A stretch of DNA of 64,000 bases. It comes from Pseudomonadota bacterium (lineage in GTDB: Bacteria > Pseudomonadota > Alphaproteobacteria > Rhizobiales > MH13). The notes beneath the pieces were generated by a model. That model saw only the letters and a program-made list of their open reading frames with translations, made no database searches and was not told where the DNA came from. Location: positions 57,587 to 121,586 of the forward strand of contig JBCCPK010000008.1 in NCBI GenBank assembly GCA_039024915.1, written 5' to 3'. The stretch's first letter is position 1, and every line of letters begins with the position of its first letter. The position numbers were made by a program, and so were the translations under genes. Positions 29,533 to 39,126 of the stretch are shown piece by piece.

Positions 29533-30321
29533 ATGGCTGAGCGATATCGCTCGCCTTACACAATCATGTCCGATCCAATTGAGGGTTTAGCAAGAGCTGC
29601 GCTTGAACGTGTCGCCGCCGTCCGGGCGGTCGGAGGGCCGTGGCTTGTGCAGTCGGACGCGGAGACGCAGCTTTCGATCTTCTGCGAGCGCCTTGTGGAC
29701 GGTGATCTCATTGCAGCCGAAGCGACCGTGCGGGAGCTGAGTTCACGCTATGAGAGTTTCGAGGCACTCGCCGAGGAGCTGATTGCCGAGGCGTCGCGCC
29801 GCTTAGGCCGAATGTGGGATCATGACGAAATCTCGTTTACCGAGGTATCAATCGGTGTCTCTACCCTCTTTCATCTTGCCACCCGCATGAGCGTTCACAG
29901 CGCTTTGGCGTCATTTGGTGCGCAAGGGAACGCACTGTTTGTCACCCTGGATGGACAGGCACATACGCTTGGTATCGTTCTGGCTGCTGAGGCGTTCAGG
30001 CAGCACGGTTGGTCGGTTGAGCTTCGCCTTGGTGAAGACATCGACCGCGCACTTCATGTAGTCGCGACCAAGAAGGTGCTGATCGTTGGCTTGACATGCA
30101 GTCAAGCAGACCAGCGGAACGATGTTGCCCGTTTCGTGGCCGAGGCCCGGTCTATCCAGCCCGGTGCAAACATCCTACTGGGCGGGACACTTGTTTCCGC
30201 GGAGCCCGAGCGCGCCGAGGCTCTGGGCGCAGATCGGCTGGTGTCCTCGCTTGCAGGTGCCCTGAACGAAGCGGAACGCGTTCGAACCGCCCAACCGATC
30301 TTGCCACATGGACCCAATTGA
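29533..30321 (+). CDS. Cobalamin-binding domain protein (AerR/PpaA-like)
   Basis: LGRMWDHDEISFTEVSIG (B12-binding_2 cap), GQAHTLG His ligand motif, VGLT, ILLGG; no DNA-binding domain. Confidence 0.82.
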   Translation: MAERYRSPYTIMSDPIEGLARAALERVAAVRAVGGPWLVQSDAETQLSIFCERLVDGDLIAAEATVRELSSRYESFEALAEELIAEASRRLGRMWDHDEISFTEVSIGVSTLFHLATRMSVHSALASFGAQGNALFVTLDGQAHTLGIVLAAEAFRQHGWSVELRLGEDIDRALHVVATKKVLIVGLTCSQADQRNDVARFVAEARSIQPGANILLGGTLVSAEPERAEALGADRLVSSLAGALNEAERVRTAQPILPHGPN

Positions 30322-30340
30322 GCGTCACCGTGCAGCGAAG

Positions 30341-31690
30341 CTAAACGGCAACCGCATGTCTTGTTTGGTTGTGCGTCAGATAGCTGTCGAAAGCTGATGC
30401 GATCACTCTGATGTACTGCTCGCCGCGCTGCGTGACGCGCATGCGCCCGGCATCCATCGTGATCAAACCGTCATCGTCAAACTCGGCCAAGCTCGGCAAA
30501 GCATCGAAATACCAGTGCTTGGGGGCACCATGCCGCTGCGCGGCTAGGTCGAGATCGACATGGTGCTGGCACATGAGCTGCTCGATAACCTCAGCCCGCA
30601 AACGGTCGTCATTCTTGAACGCATATCCCCGACCGACCGGCAAGCGGCCCGCTTCCACGCTGCGCGACCACGCGCCAGTCTCAGCGATGTTCTGGCAAAA
30701 GCCGCCAGCGGTCTTACCGATAGATGTCGCGCCAAGGCCCAATAGGCTATCGGCACGATCGGTTGTGTAACCCTGGAAATTGCGTCGCAAGCTGCCCTTG
30801 GCCGCAGCACGTACCATCTCGTCACCCGGCCGAGCGAAGTGATCGAGACCGATGGCGACATAGCCAGCATCGACCAGGGCCCGAGCCGCCTCCTGAGCTT
30901 GCTCAAGGCGTTCCGATGCTCCCGGCAGCGCCGTTTCATCAATCAGCCTTTGTTTTTTGGCCGCCCATGGCACGTGTGCGTAGCCGAAAAGCGCGATCCG
31001 GTCGGGTCGCATCTCAACGGAAAGACGGACGGTTTCGAGCAGTTTTTCGGTCGTCTGAAACGGTAGCCCATAAATCAGATCGAAGTTTATGGCGTCGACG
31101 CCGACGGCTCTCAGCCCATCGACCGAGCGTGCAACCATGTCGGGCGGTTGAACGCGGTTGATCGCGAGCTGCACCTGCGGGTCAAACTCCTGTACCCCGA
31201 AACTGGCCCGGGTGAAGCCAAGCCGCCCGATCATGTCGGCCATTTCCCTGGTCAGGGTACGCGGGTCGCTTTCGATAGCCAGTTCCGCATCCGTAACAAG
31301 GTCGAAGTGATCGCGCACTGTTTGCATGGTTCGCATTAGGTCGCCTGGCGCCATCGCCGTCGGCGTGCCGCCGCCCCAGTGGATGTGCGAAACCCGCATC
31401 CGTCCGGGCAAGTGTTGTGCGAGAAGAACGATCTCGCGCCGGAGCATGGCTGCGTACTGCGCGATGGGTTCATCGCGCTTGGCAAGCTTCATGTTGCACC
31501 CGCAGTACCAGCAGAGCTCGCGACAGAAGGGCACGTGAAGATACAGCGAGACCGGCTCATCCCGATCAAGCGAGGCGAGCCAGTGCGTGTAGTCGGCAGC
31601 ATCGACAGTGTCGTTGAAGTGGGGGGCTGTGGGGTAGCTGGTATAGCGAGGGACCGCGCGACCGGCATATTTTTCGGCAAGTCTACTCAT
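30341..31690 (-). CDS. hemN: Oxygen-independent coproporphyrinogen III oxidase
   Basis: PRYTSYPT, YLHVPFCRELCWYCGC, HWGGGTPT, IGLDHFA, RRNFQGYTT. Confidence 0.96.
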   Translation of the reverse strand: MSRLAEKYAGRAVPRYTSYPTAPHFNDTVDAADYTHWLASLDRDEPVSLYLHVPFCRELCWYCGCNMKLAKRDEPIAQYAAMLRREIVLLAQHLPGRMRVSHIHWGGGTPTAMAPGDLMRTMQTVRDHFDLVTDAELAIESDPRTLTREMADMIGRLGFTRASFGVQEFDPQVQLAINRVQPPDMVARSVDGLRAVGVDAINFDLIYGLPFQTTEKLLETVRLSVEMRPDRIALFGYAHVPWAAKKQRLIDETALPGASERLEQAQEAARALVDAGYVAIGLDHFARPGDEMVRAAAKGSLRRNFQGYTTDRADSLLGLGATSIGKTAGGFCQNIAETGAWSRSVEAGRLPVGRGYAFKNDDRLRAEVIEQLMCQHHVDLDLAAQRHGAPKHWYFDALPSLAEFDDDGLITMDAGRMRVTQRGEQYIRVIASAFDSYLTHNQTRHAVAV

Positions 31691-32325
31691 GCGCTAGCGC
31701 TTCCCGAGCTCAACCCATGCCGGAGTTCGAAAACGCAGGATTTGGCACCTGCACAGCAGCAGGAGGTGTGCGCAAATCCTATGTCAGAGTTTACCAAGCA
31801 CTGGAACAGTCGGTCAAAGACAGCCACATGCCAGACGCAACCCGGCATCGCCAAAGGATTGTTTTCAATGGAAATCCGGGAAGTTGGCGGACCTTGGATG
31901 GTGCAGGTACCAGAGCCCGCAAACGTCCACGCATTGCGTTGAATGGCTTTGAGGAGCAGCCACGTCGCCAAACGCTCCGGGCTGCCCGCCAATATGGCCT
32001 TAGCGAAACGCGGGATCCGGTTTTCAAGCAGGTAGTCTGCTGTCCGTCGCCCGGCGTCATAGGCAATGAGATGCGCTTGCTCGGCAGGAAGCTCGGACCG
32101 GACCGTGCGCATCAAGGCCAGCGCCGAGCCTTGGTCGATCATTCCTTCGGGAGGCGCAAGAAGCGGGTTGGTGACATGTGCATGCTTGAGCATCCGCCGC
32201 AGGCACCGAGGCCCTAAGCTTTCGTTGACCGCGTGCGCGACCTGAATGATGGCATTCGGTCCAACGAAACCGCCTTGGATGGCAGACGATAGCTGCACGG
32301 CGCCGCTACTCGGCTGGTTCGACAT
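31687..32325 (-). CDS. bchJ: Bacteriochlorophyll biosynthesis protein BchJ (V4R domain)
   Basis: [31 protein letters not shown]-terminal CxWH..CCxxGAxxCxF; directly downstream of bchE. Confidence 0.9.
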   Translation of the reverse strand: MSNQPSSGAVQLSSAIQGGFVGPNAIIQVAHAVNESLGPRCLRRMLKHAHVTNPLLAPPEGMIDQGSALALMRTVRSELPAEQAHLIAYDAGRRTADYLLENRIPRFAKAILAGSPERLATWLLLKAIQRNAWTFAGSGTCTIQGPPTSRISIENNPLAMPGCVWHVAVFDRLFQCLVNSDIGFAHTSCCCAGAKSCVFELRHGLSSGSASA

Positions 32326-34021
32326 AGTCTTCCGGCAACTGTTGGTCGCTGCCGCCACAGGCTCTCACGCTGGTATCGATCAAGGTCTTGCGGCCCGATC
32401 CACTGCTTGAAGCTGTCGCACCTGTCTTGACGCGGCGAGCAGCGGACCGCTCCTGCATCTGTTTCTTGACTGCCTCGCGGCGCTCGGCTGCCTGGGCGGC
32501 GCGGTCGGCGGCCGCTTCCCAATCGTCAAGTTGCGCTTCGGCGATCTGGCGTGTCTCATCAAAGTGGAAGTCGACCGTTTTCTTGGTCTGTGGCCCCCAG
32601 TAGCCGGCCTTGCCGAGGTCATAAAACGTGCGCTGGAAGCCAGCACGCAGGAACGCCCAAAGGCAGCCCAACAGGTAGCGCCGACGGAAGCCGGTGCCAC
32701 GCCAGGGATAATGAAACAGCGCCTTCTGCATGTAAAAGCGCCGGTAATTGTTCATCACCCGATCGAGCAGTTCGCCGCGATCCATCGCCTTCGGCTTCAT
32801 GATCGGGGTGACGAAATTGTACTTGGAGAAATCGAAGACCTGCACCTGGTCTTTCAGTTCCTGGTAGAGCGGTGTGAACGGCCAGGGCGTGTACATCGAC
32901 CAGTTCGCCAGATCAGGCTGCCAGTCCCACGCCATCCGATAGGTTTCTTCCAGCGTTTCAGCTGTCTCGTTGTCGAGGCCGACAATAAACTGCGCTTCGA
33001 CGAAGATATCCGCTTCGCGCAGCAAGCGAATGGCCGTCTTGTTTTCCTCGACCTTGGTTTCCTTGTTGAACTGATCGAGCTTCATCTGCGCCGCAGCCTC
33101 TGTCCCGAGGCTGACGTGCACCAACCCGGCCTCGCGATAGAATTTCAGCAGATCACGATCCCGGTAGACATCGGTAACCCGGGTGTTGATGCCCCATTTC
33201 ACGCGCCGAGGAAGATCGCGGTCGATCAGCTCCTGACAAAACTGGACGAATTTCTTCTTGTTGATGCTCGGTTCTTCGTCCGCGAGGATGAAGAACCCCA
33301 CACCATGGTTTTCGACGAGATCCTCAATCTCATCGACAACGTCCTTGGGATCGCGCACGCGATAGTCGCGCCAGAATTTCCACTGCGAACAGAACGAGCA
33401 GGTAAAAGGGCATCCGCGCGCAAGGTTCGGGATCGCAACGCGGGTGTTGAGCGGGATGTAGATGTACTTCTCCCACTCGATGATCGACCAGTCGGGCTTG
33501 ATCTTTGACAGATCCTTGACCGTGCTCGCGGCGGGCGTCGACACGATCTCGTCACCATCAACGAAGGCAATCCCGTGGATCTTATGTCTGTCCTGGGGCC
33601 ACCTGCGATCTCGAATGGCCGTCATCAGTGCGGTGCATATCTCTTCGCCCTCACCGCGAACGACAACGTCGACCCATGGCGCTTCACTGAAGACCTGCTT
33701 GAACATGAAGGTCGCATGCACGCCGCCAAGCACCCGCACGGCGTTCGGCGCAACGTCCTGCGCTATTTTCAGTGTGTTCTCCGCCGCATATATGGACGGT
33801 GTGATGGCTGTGACACCAACCGCATCGGGCTGCAGCTGGCCAATCTGAACAGCCAACTCTTCGTCCGACACATTGTCGGTCATGGCGTCGATAAAGTGGA
33901 TGTCGTCGAAGCCGGCCTGGCGCAAATGTCCGGTCAAGTAAGCGACCCATGCGGGCGACCAGGACCCGGCGATCTCGGCGCCGCCCGAGTGATAGTTTGG
34001 GTGAACGAAAAGAATCCGCAT
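32306..34021 (-). CDS. bchE: Anaerobic Mg-protoporphyrin IX monomethyl ester cyclase (B12-dependent radical SAM)
   Basis: [73 protein letters not shown]. Confidence 0.97.
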   Translation of the reverse strand: MRILFVHPNYHSGGAEIAGSWSPAWVAYLTGHLRQAGFDDIHFIDAMTDNVSDEELAVQIGQLQPDAVGVTAITPSIYAAENTLKIAQDVAPNAVRVLGGVHATFMFKQVFSEAPWVDVVVRGEGEEICTALMTAIRDRRWPQDRHKIHGIAFVDGDEIVSTPAASTVKDLSKIKPDWSIIEWEKYIYIPLNTRVAIPNLARGCPFTCSFCSQWKFWRDYRVRDPKDVVDEIEDLVENHGVGFFILADEEPSINKKKFVQFCQELIDRDLPRRVKWGINTRVTDVYRDRDLLKFYREAGLVHVSLGTEAAAQMKLDQFNKETKVEENKTAIRLLREADIFVEAQFIVGLDNETAETLEETYRMAWDWQPDLANWSMYTPWPFTPLYQELKDQVQVFDFSKYNFVTPIMKPKAMDRGELLDRVMNNYRRFYMQKALFHYPWRGTGFRRRYLLGCLWAFLRAGFQRTFYDLGKAGYWGPQTKKTVDFHFDETRQIAEAQLDDWEAAADRAAQAAERREAVKKQMQERSAARRVKTGATASSSGSGRKTLIDTSVRACGGSDQQLPEDYVEPAE

Positions 34022-34063
34022 TGTTACGCCTCAGCAGGTTGTGCAATGCAGTATCCCGACTAC

Positions 34064-34107
34064 TGTCAAATTAAATTGACATAGCGCAATGTAAATTATT
34101 TTTGACA
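34064..34107. promoter_or_regulatory. Tandem PpsR/CrtJ palindromes (TGT-N12-ACA x2) with a nested FNR/FixK-like box
   Basis: TGTCAAATTAAATTGACA (34064-34081) and TGTAAATTATTTTTGACA (34090-34107), 8 bp apart; TTGAC-ATAG-CGCAA at 34076-34089; upstream of bchE. Confidence 0.85.
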
Positions 34108-34223
34108 ATTGTCACCGTTTTCCGGCTGCGAGACGATTGCCCAAATCAACCCCTTCGGCCCACTTGCGAAAACCTTTGTAGCCCGCAGCTTTATCGTTCA
34201 AGGACCGGTTTTGCGGGCTGGTT

Positions 34224-35012
34224 TCAGTCTTCAGCGACTTGGATTGCGCGCCGAATGGCATCCAGACCGTCGGTGAGAGCGGCGGGACCAGGCTGGAGGA
34301 TGAGTGGAGACTTGATCTCGACGATCCGGCCATCGCGCACGGCCGGTAGAGCGTCCCAACGAGGCCTTGAGGCGATCTTCTCGGTCCGCACCTTCTTGCC
34401 GCACCAAGACGCGAGGATGATATCGGGGGCGGCCTCGATTACCTGATCGGACGTCACAATCCTGTCGGGCGCAGCTGGTTCGCCCGCAAGGGCCGGAAAT
34501 GCGTCCGTTCCTCCCGCAACCTCGATGAGTTCGGACACCCATTTAATACCCGAGATCATGGGATCGTCCCATTCCTCGAAGTAGACGGTCGGGCGAGCCT
34601 TGCCCGCAGTCTCTTCCGCAATTCTCGCCAGCCGCGTCTCATGCCCGGCGGCGAGCTCTTCAGCAGCTTCCGCCTTGCCCACGGTCGCGCCCAGATGACG
34701 GATCATCGCAAGAATGCCCGCGACATCGCGCTGGTTGTAGCCCATGACCGTGATGCCAGCCTTGAGAAGTTCCGCCGCGATGCCTGCCTGCAAATCGGAA
34801 AATGTGAGCACGAGATCGGGCTCAAGCTGAACGATCTTGGGAATATCGGCCGAGGTGAAGGCCGATACACGGGGTTTTTCGCGGCGAACGCGAGCAGGCC
34901 GCACCGCGTATCCCGACACACCGACGATCAGATCTTCAGCCCCTAACAGATACAAAGTCTCGACCGTTTCCTCGGTCAAGCACACAATACGCTGCGGCGG
35001 AAACGTCCTCAT
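34224..35012 (-). CDS. Cobalamin-binding ABC substrate-binding protein (BtuF-like)
   Basis: PQRIVCLTEETVETLYLLG, PDLVLTFSDLQ, YFEEWDDP, SWCGKK, ILQPGPAA. Confidence 0.85.
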   Translation of the reverse strand: MRTFPPQRIVCLTEETVETLYLLGAEDLIVGVSGYAVRPARVRREKPRVSAFTSADIPKIVQLEPDLVLTFSDLQAGIAAELLKAGITVMGYNQRDVAGILAMIRHLGATVGKAEAAEELAAGHETRLARIAEETAGKARPTVYFEEWDDPMISGIKWVSELIEVAGGTDAFPALAGEPAAPDRIVTSDQVIEAAPDIILASWCGKKVRTEKIASRPRWDALPAVRDGRIVEIKSPLILQPGPAALTDGLDAIRRAIQVAED

Positions 35013-35371
35013 CTTGGTACCATCGGGTAGTTAAGCTTACTGGAAACGATGGTAAGCACTCTGCCGAGCCGAGCAAATGCTGACTTCACGGCGTATCGCG
35101 ACAAAATCGACACATAGCCGGTCTTTACGCACTGCACCCTGATGGGCATGAATACTCCCCACAAGCGGGTTGGCTTGAGCATGCACCACGTCCGGCACGT
35201 TGCTTGCAAGGCAGCCGCCGTCCGGCACACCCGAAAGCTTCGCTCCCCACGAAGAGAGGATCAGCTTAAGATCGACATGTCCTGAAGTTCCCACGCGAGC
35301 AACGTCCAACAGGCGTTCAGCGTTCTACCCCGCACTCCCCCCAAACTGCGGCACTTGAGACGGATTGGCCT

Positions 35372-37117
35372 ATGCACGGCGCTTATGAAAAGACCAAAGG
35401 CTTCACTGACGAGCAAATTTCTTGCTTGATGTCGGCGCTTGCGAAACTTGAGCTCAATACTTCCGCGAGCGCACAGACCTCGGGCGACGCATCACAGGAA
35501 ACTGTCTACGGCACCCCTATCGAGGATCTATGCAAGGAAGAGCTGAGAAAATACCAGCAACACCCGCTCGATATCTGGGACCGACTGATGCGCTGGACCG
35601 AGCGCAACGAGATTGCGACCGGTCTTGATCAGTTCCTTCTGAGGCATTTGGGCTTTTTCAACGTTGAGCCGACAAGCCCCGGTTACATGGTGCGGCTGCG
35701 TATCCCGGCCTGCCAGTTGCGGGGCGACCAAATGCAGTCGCTGGCAGAGATCGCCGAGACCTATGGCGGCGGTTATGCGCATGTGACGACACGCGGCAAT
35801 ATTCAAATCAGGGAAATTGAACCGAGAAACGTTCTCAACGTGATGGATGCCCTGACCCGCGCAGGCTTGTCGTGTCAGGGGTCGGGCGCAGACTCGGCGC
35901 GCAACATGACGAGCTCTCCGACGGCAGGTTTTGACGCGACCGAGCTTGTCGACCTTTCACCGCACACGATCCGTCTGTCGAATTTGGTTTTGAACACGCG
36001 TGAGCTGAGGGCCTTGCCGCGTAAGTTCAACATCTCCTTCGATAATGGCGGCAGGATTTCGGCTGCCAGCGATACCAACGATATTGCCTTTCAGTCGGTC
36101 AGACTTGAGGACGGCGCGCCGGTCGACCCAGGTATCTATTGCCGCATCGGACTTGGAGGGATTTCCGGGCACAAAGATCTGACGCGCGAGACCGGCATGA
36201 TCTGCACCCCTGAGCAGACGGTGATGGCTGGTTTCGCCATGCTTTGGGTTTTCGTTGAACATGCGGACCGAACCAACCGCAAACGGGCTCGGCTCAAATA
36301 CCTTCTGGATAAGCAGGGTGTTGACTGGTTCATCGACCGAACCCAGGAAAAACTTCAAGACCTCGAAGCGGGATTTCAACTGATCGCCTGCCCAACCGAT
36401 CATGACGCACCAAGACCGCCCGTGGACCGGCACGGTCATATCGGCTTCCATCCCCAGTCTGAACACGGCACCAGCTACGTTGGGGTTTCGCTCGAAATGG
36501 GCCGGCTCATCCCGGACCAGATGCGCACACTGGGCCGGATAGCGATGATGCACGGCCGTAACGATCTTCGCCTGACGGTTTGGCAGAATGTTTTGATACC
36601 GCACCTTCCCGACGCCGTTCGGCAGGACGTCACGAAAGACCTGACCGATCACGGAATGGGGGTTTCAGCGACCGCCTTTTCCGCCGGGGCTGTTGCCTGC
36701 ACGGGCAAGGCGGGTTGCAAGCTTGCGCTTGCCTTTACCAAGGAAAATGGTCTCGATTTGGTGCGCCATCTAGAAGGCCGGTTCACGCTCGATCGGCCGA
36801 TCAATATCCACCTGACAGGCTGCCCCAACTCCTGCGCGCAGCATTATATCGGCGACATTGGCCTCGTCGGTACCACGATGCCGGATGGTGGCGAGGGCTA
36901 TTATGTTGTTGTCGGCGGCGGAAGCGACCATGAAAAAGGCGTCGGCAGGGCCCTGTGCGGTCCTGTCCCCCACGCCAAGGTGAATGCGCTCGTTGAAGAG
37001 GTCGTCGGGAACTACCTTGATCGCCGCGATGGTAGCGAAAGCTTCCTTGAATTTGTCCGCCCGCTTCCGGACGAAGCGCTCGCCTCCCTCTTCGATCCCG
37101 CAACCCTATCCTCCTGA
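35372..37117 (+). CDS. nirA: NirA-family siroheme/[4Fe-4S] nitrite/sulfite reductase
   Basis: MVRLRIP, TTRGNIQIR, DSARNM, LPRKFNI, ACTGKAGC and GCPNSCAQH cluster/siroheme ligands. Nitrite versus sulfite specificity is not established. Confidence 0.82.
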   Translation: MHGAYEKTKGFTDEQISCLMSALAKLELNTSASAQTSGDASQETVYGTPIEDLCKEELRKYQQHPLDIWDRLMRWTERNEIATGLDQFLLRHLGFFNVEPTSPGYMVRLRIPACQLRGDQMQSLAEIAETYGGGYAHVTTRGNIQIREIEPRNVLNVMDALTRAGLSCQGSGADSARNMTSSPTAGFDATELVDLSPHTIRLSNLVLNTRELRALPRKFNISFDNGGRISAASDTNDIAFQSVRLEDGAPVDPGIYCRIGLGGISGHKDLTRETGMICTPEQTVMAGFAMLWVFVEHADRTNRKRARLKYLLDKQGVDWFIDRTQEKLQDLEAGFQLIACPTDHDAPRPPVDRHGHIGFHPQSEHGTSYVGVSLEMGRLIPDQMRTLGRIAMMHGRNDLRLTVWQNVLIPHLPDAVRQDVTKDLTDHGMGVSATAFSAGAVACTGKAGCKLALAFTKENGLDLVRHLEGRFTLDRPINIHLTGCPNSCAQHYIGDIGLVGTTMPDGGEGYYVVVGGGSDHEKGVGRALCGPVPHAKVNALVEEVVGNYLDRRDGSESFLEFVRPLPDEALASLFDPATLSS

Positions 37118-37134
37118 CTTCGGACACCCGCCTT

Positions 37135-38898
37135 ATGACCGAACACACGCCACAATTCACGATCGACCCGGCAAAGATGGCCGAGGCGGCAAACGCGCCG
37201 GGCATGCCGGAGTTCATACCAGCCGACAGTCCCTTCACCGAGGAACAGCGCACCTACCTCAATGGCCTGTTCGCTGGCATCTACACAATGGCTGCGGCGG
37301 CCAAGGCGGGAGCCGCAGACGGCGCGGTGCTGACACCGCTTCTGGTCTATTTTGGATCGCAAACTGGTACGGCAGAATCCTTGTCCAAAGACCTCAAGAA
37401 GTTCGCTGCGACGAAAGGGTTCGATGCAAAGATTGGCGAGTTGAATTCAACCAGCCCGGCAGAGCTGGCCGATGCGCGCCACCTGCTGATCGTTGGGGCT
37501 ACCTACGGAGAGGGAGAACCAGCCGATAACGCGACGGGATTTTACGAAGCTCTCATGGCTGAAGACTGCCCACCATTGCCCGAAACGCTCAACTTCGCAG
37601 TCTGTGGGTTGGGGGACAGCAGCTATCCCAAGTTCAACCAGTTCGCGCGCGACCTTGATGCGCGGTTCGAAGCGTTGGGCGCCACTCGCGCGGCGGAGCT
37701 CGTGACCTGTGATGTCGATTATGATGATGACTATGCAGGCTGGCGAGACCAGGTGTTTGCATCAGCACCGTTTGTTGAAGCCGCAAGTGTCGGCGCGGCA
37801 TCGGCAGCCGTAGAACCGGAGGAGAAACGGCCGGACTTCGACAAGCACCACCCGTTTGTTGCCACACTCATCAAAGCTGATTGCCTGAGTAAGGAGGGTT
37901 CATCCAAGCGGGTCAATCACGTCGAGATATCGCTGTGCGGCGGCGGGCCTGATCTGGATTACCAGGTTGGCGATGCGCTTGGGGTCTGGCCGATGAACTG
38001 CATGGGCGAGGTCGATGCGATCCTTGACGCTGGTGGCTATAGTGGGTCGGAAATTGTCGAACTGAAATCTGGTTCGTCATCCCTGCGGCAGGCGCTCTAC
38101 TCGTCGCTGGACCTGGCGACCATCACACCAAAGACCGCAGAGGCCTGGCAGATCGAACTATCGGACGATATGCAGATCCTCGATGCTCTTCGCGCGCCTG
38201 ATCTGAAGCTGAACGCACAAGACTTTGTGGACGGGCTCAGGCCCATTCAACCAAGGCTGTACTCCATCTCGTCGAGCCCCAAAAAACATCCCGGGGAAGT
38301 CCATCTCACAGTTGGGGAAGTGCGTTACGATCTCAACGCGGTAGCAAGGAAGGGCGTCGCATCGACCTTTCTTCCCGAAAGGCTTAGTCCCGGCGGCGCG
38401 TTTGGCGTCTACGTCCACAAGGCAGCTCATTTTTACCTGCCGGACGACAATGACCTGCCGATCATCATGATCGGCCCGGGCACCGGCATTGCTCCCTTTC
38501 GCGCGTTTCTGGAGGAGCGGGAAATGCGCGGGGCGACGGGCGAGAACTGGCTGTTCTTCGGCGATCAGCACGCGGCCACCGACTATCTGTATTCGGAGAC
38601 TATTGAAGGCTGGAAGGCCGATGGCCTTCTGACCAAACTCAGTCTTGCCTGGTCGCGGGACGGGGCGGAAAAAGTCTATGTCCAGCACCTGATCGAGAAA
38701 GAGGGGCAGACTTTCTTTGAATGGCTCGAACGTGGAGCAGCCATCTACATTTGCGGAGACGCATCACGCATGGCGGCGGATGTTGATCGTGCGATCCACC
38801 GCGTTGTGGAAACCCATGGTGGTTTCGATGAGGCTGCTGCGAAGGCCTATGTCGACAAGCTGAAGGCAGACCACCGCTACCAGCGCGACGTGTATTAG
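37135..38898 (+). CDS. Diflavin reductase, sulfite reductase flavoprotein (CysJ-like)
   Basis: FGSQTGTAE, ATYGEGEP, GLGDSSY (flavodoxin); PRLYSISSS, GVASTFL, GPGTGIAPFR, YICGDA, RYQRDVY. Confidence 0.92.
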   Translation: MTEHTPQFTIDPAKMAEAANAPGMPEFIPADSPFTEEQRTYLNGLFAGIYTMAAAAKAGAADGAVLTPLLVYFGSQTGTAESLSKDLKKFAATKGFDAKIGELNSTSPAELADARHLLIVGATYGEGEPADNATGFYEALMAEDCPPLPETLNFAVCGLGDSSYPKFNQFARDLDARFEALGATRAAELVTCDVDYDDDYAGWRDQVFASAPFVEAASVGAASAAVEPEEKRPDFDKHHPFVATLIKADCLSKEGSSKRVNHVEISLCGGGPDLDYQVGDALGVWPMNCMGEVDAILDAGGYSGSEIVELKSGSSSLRQALYSSLDLATITPKTAEAWQIELSDDMQILDALRAPDLKLNAQDFVDGLRPIQPRLYSISSSPKKHPGEVHLTVGEVRYDLNAVARKGVASTFLPERLSPGGAFGVYVHKAAHFYLPDDNDLPIIMIGPGTGIAPFRAFLEEREMRGATGENWLFFGDQHAATDYLYSETIEGWKADGLLTKLSLAWSRDGAEKVYVQHLIEKEGQTFFEWLERGAAIYICGDASRMAADVDRAIHRVVETHGGFDEAAAKAYVDKLKADHRYQRDVY

Positions 38899-39126
38899 AC
38901 CCCATAAGCGGGTCGTTCAGGTCAGGAGACGCTTGGGCCTCGATGATGGATTACCACAAGCGTTCTCAGACAATGGCGCAGAGGGCCGTGCCAGTCTCGA
39001 CCCGCCTGACCTTGCCAAACCTGACCTCTGGACCGGCGAAAGAGACCCGCACCAAGAAGCGAGTGACCGTCAACGACCGGCGCTGTGTGCCTTTTTCACG
39101 GTCAACACCGCTGGTAGAACACCGGC

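Noticed and set aside
35013-35371. Cobalamin riboswitch upstream of the BtuF-like gene, or a 90-aa ORF
   Set aside because: Only a lone GGGAA; the B12-box and GCCCCCGCNACTGT elements are not visible, and the ORF has no recognisable features. An Rfam scan would settle it.
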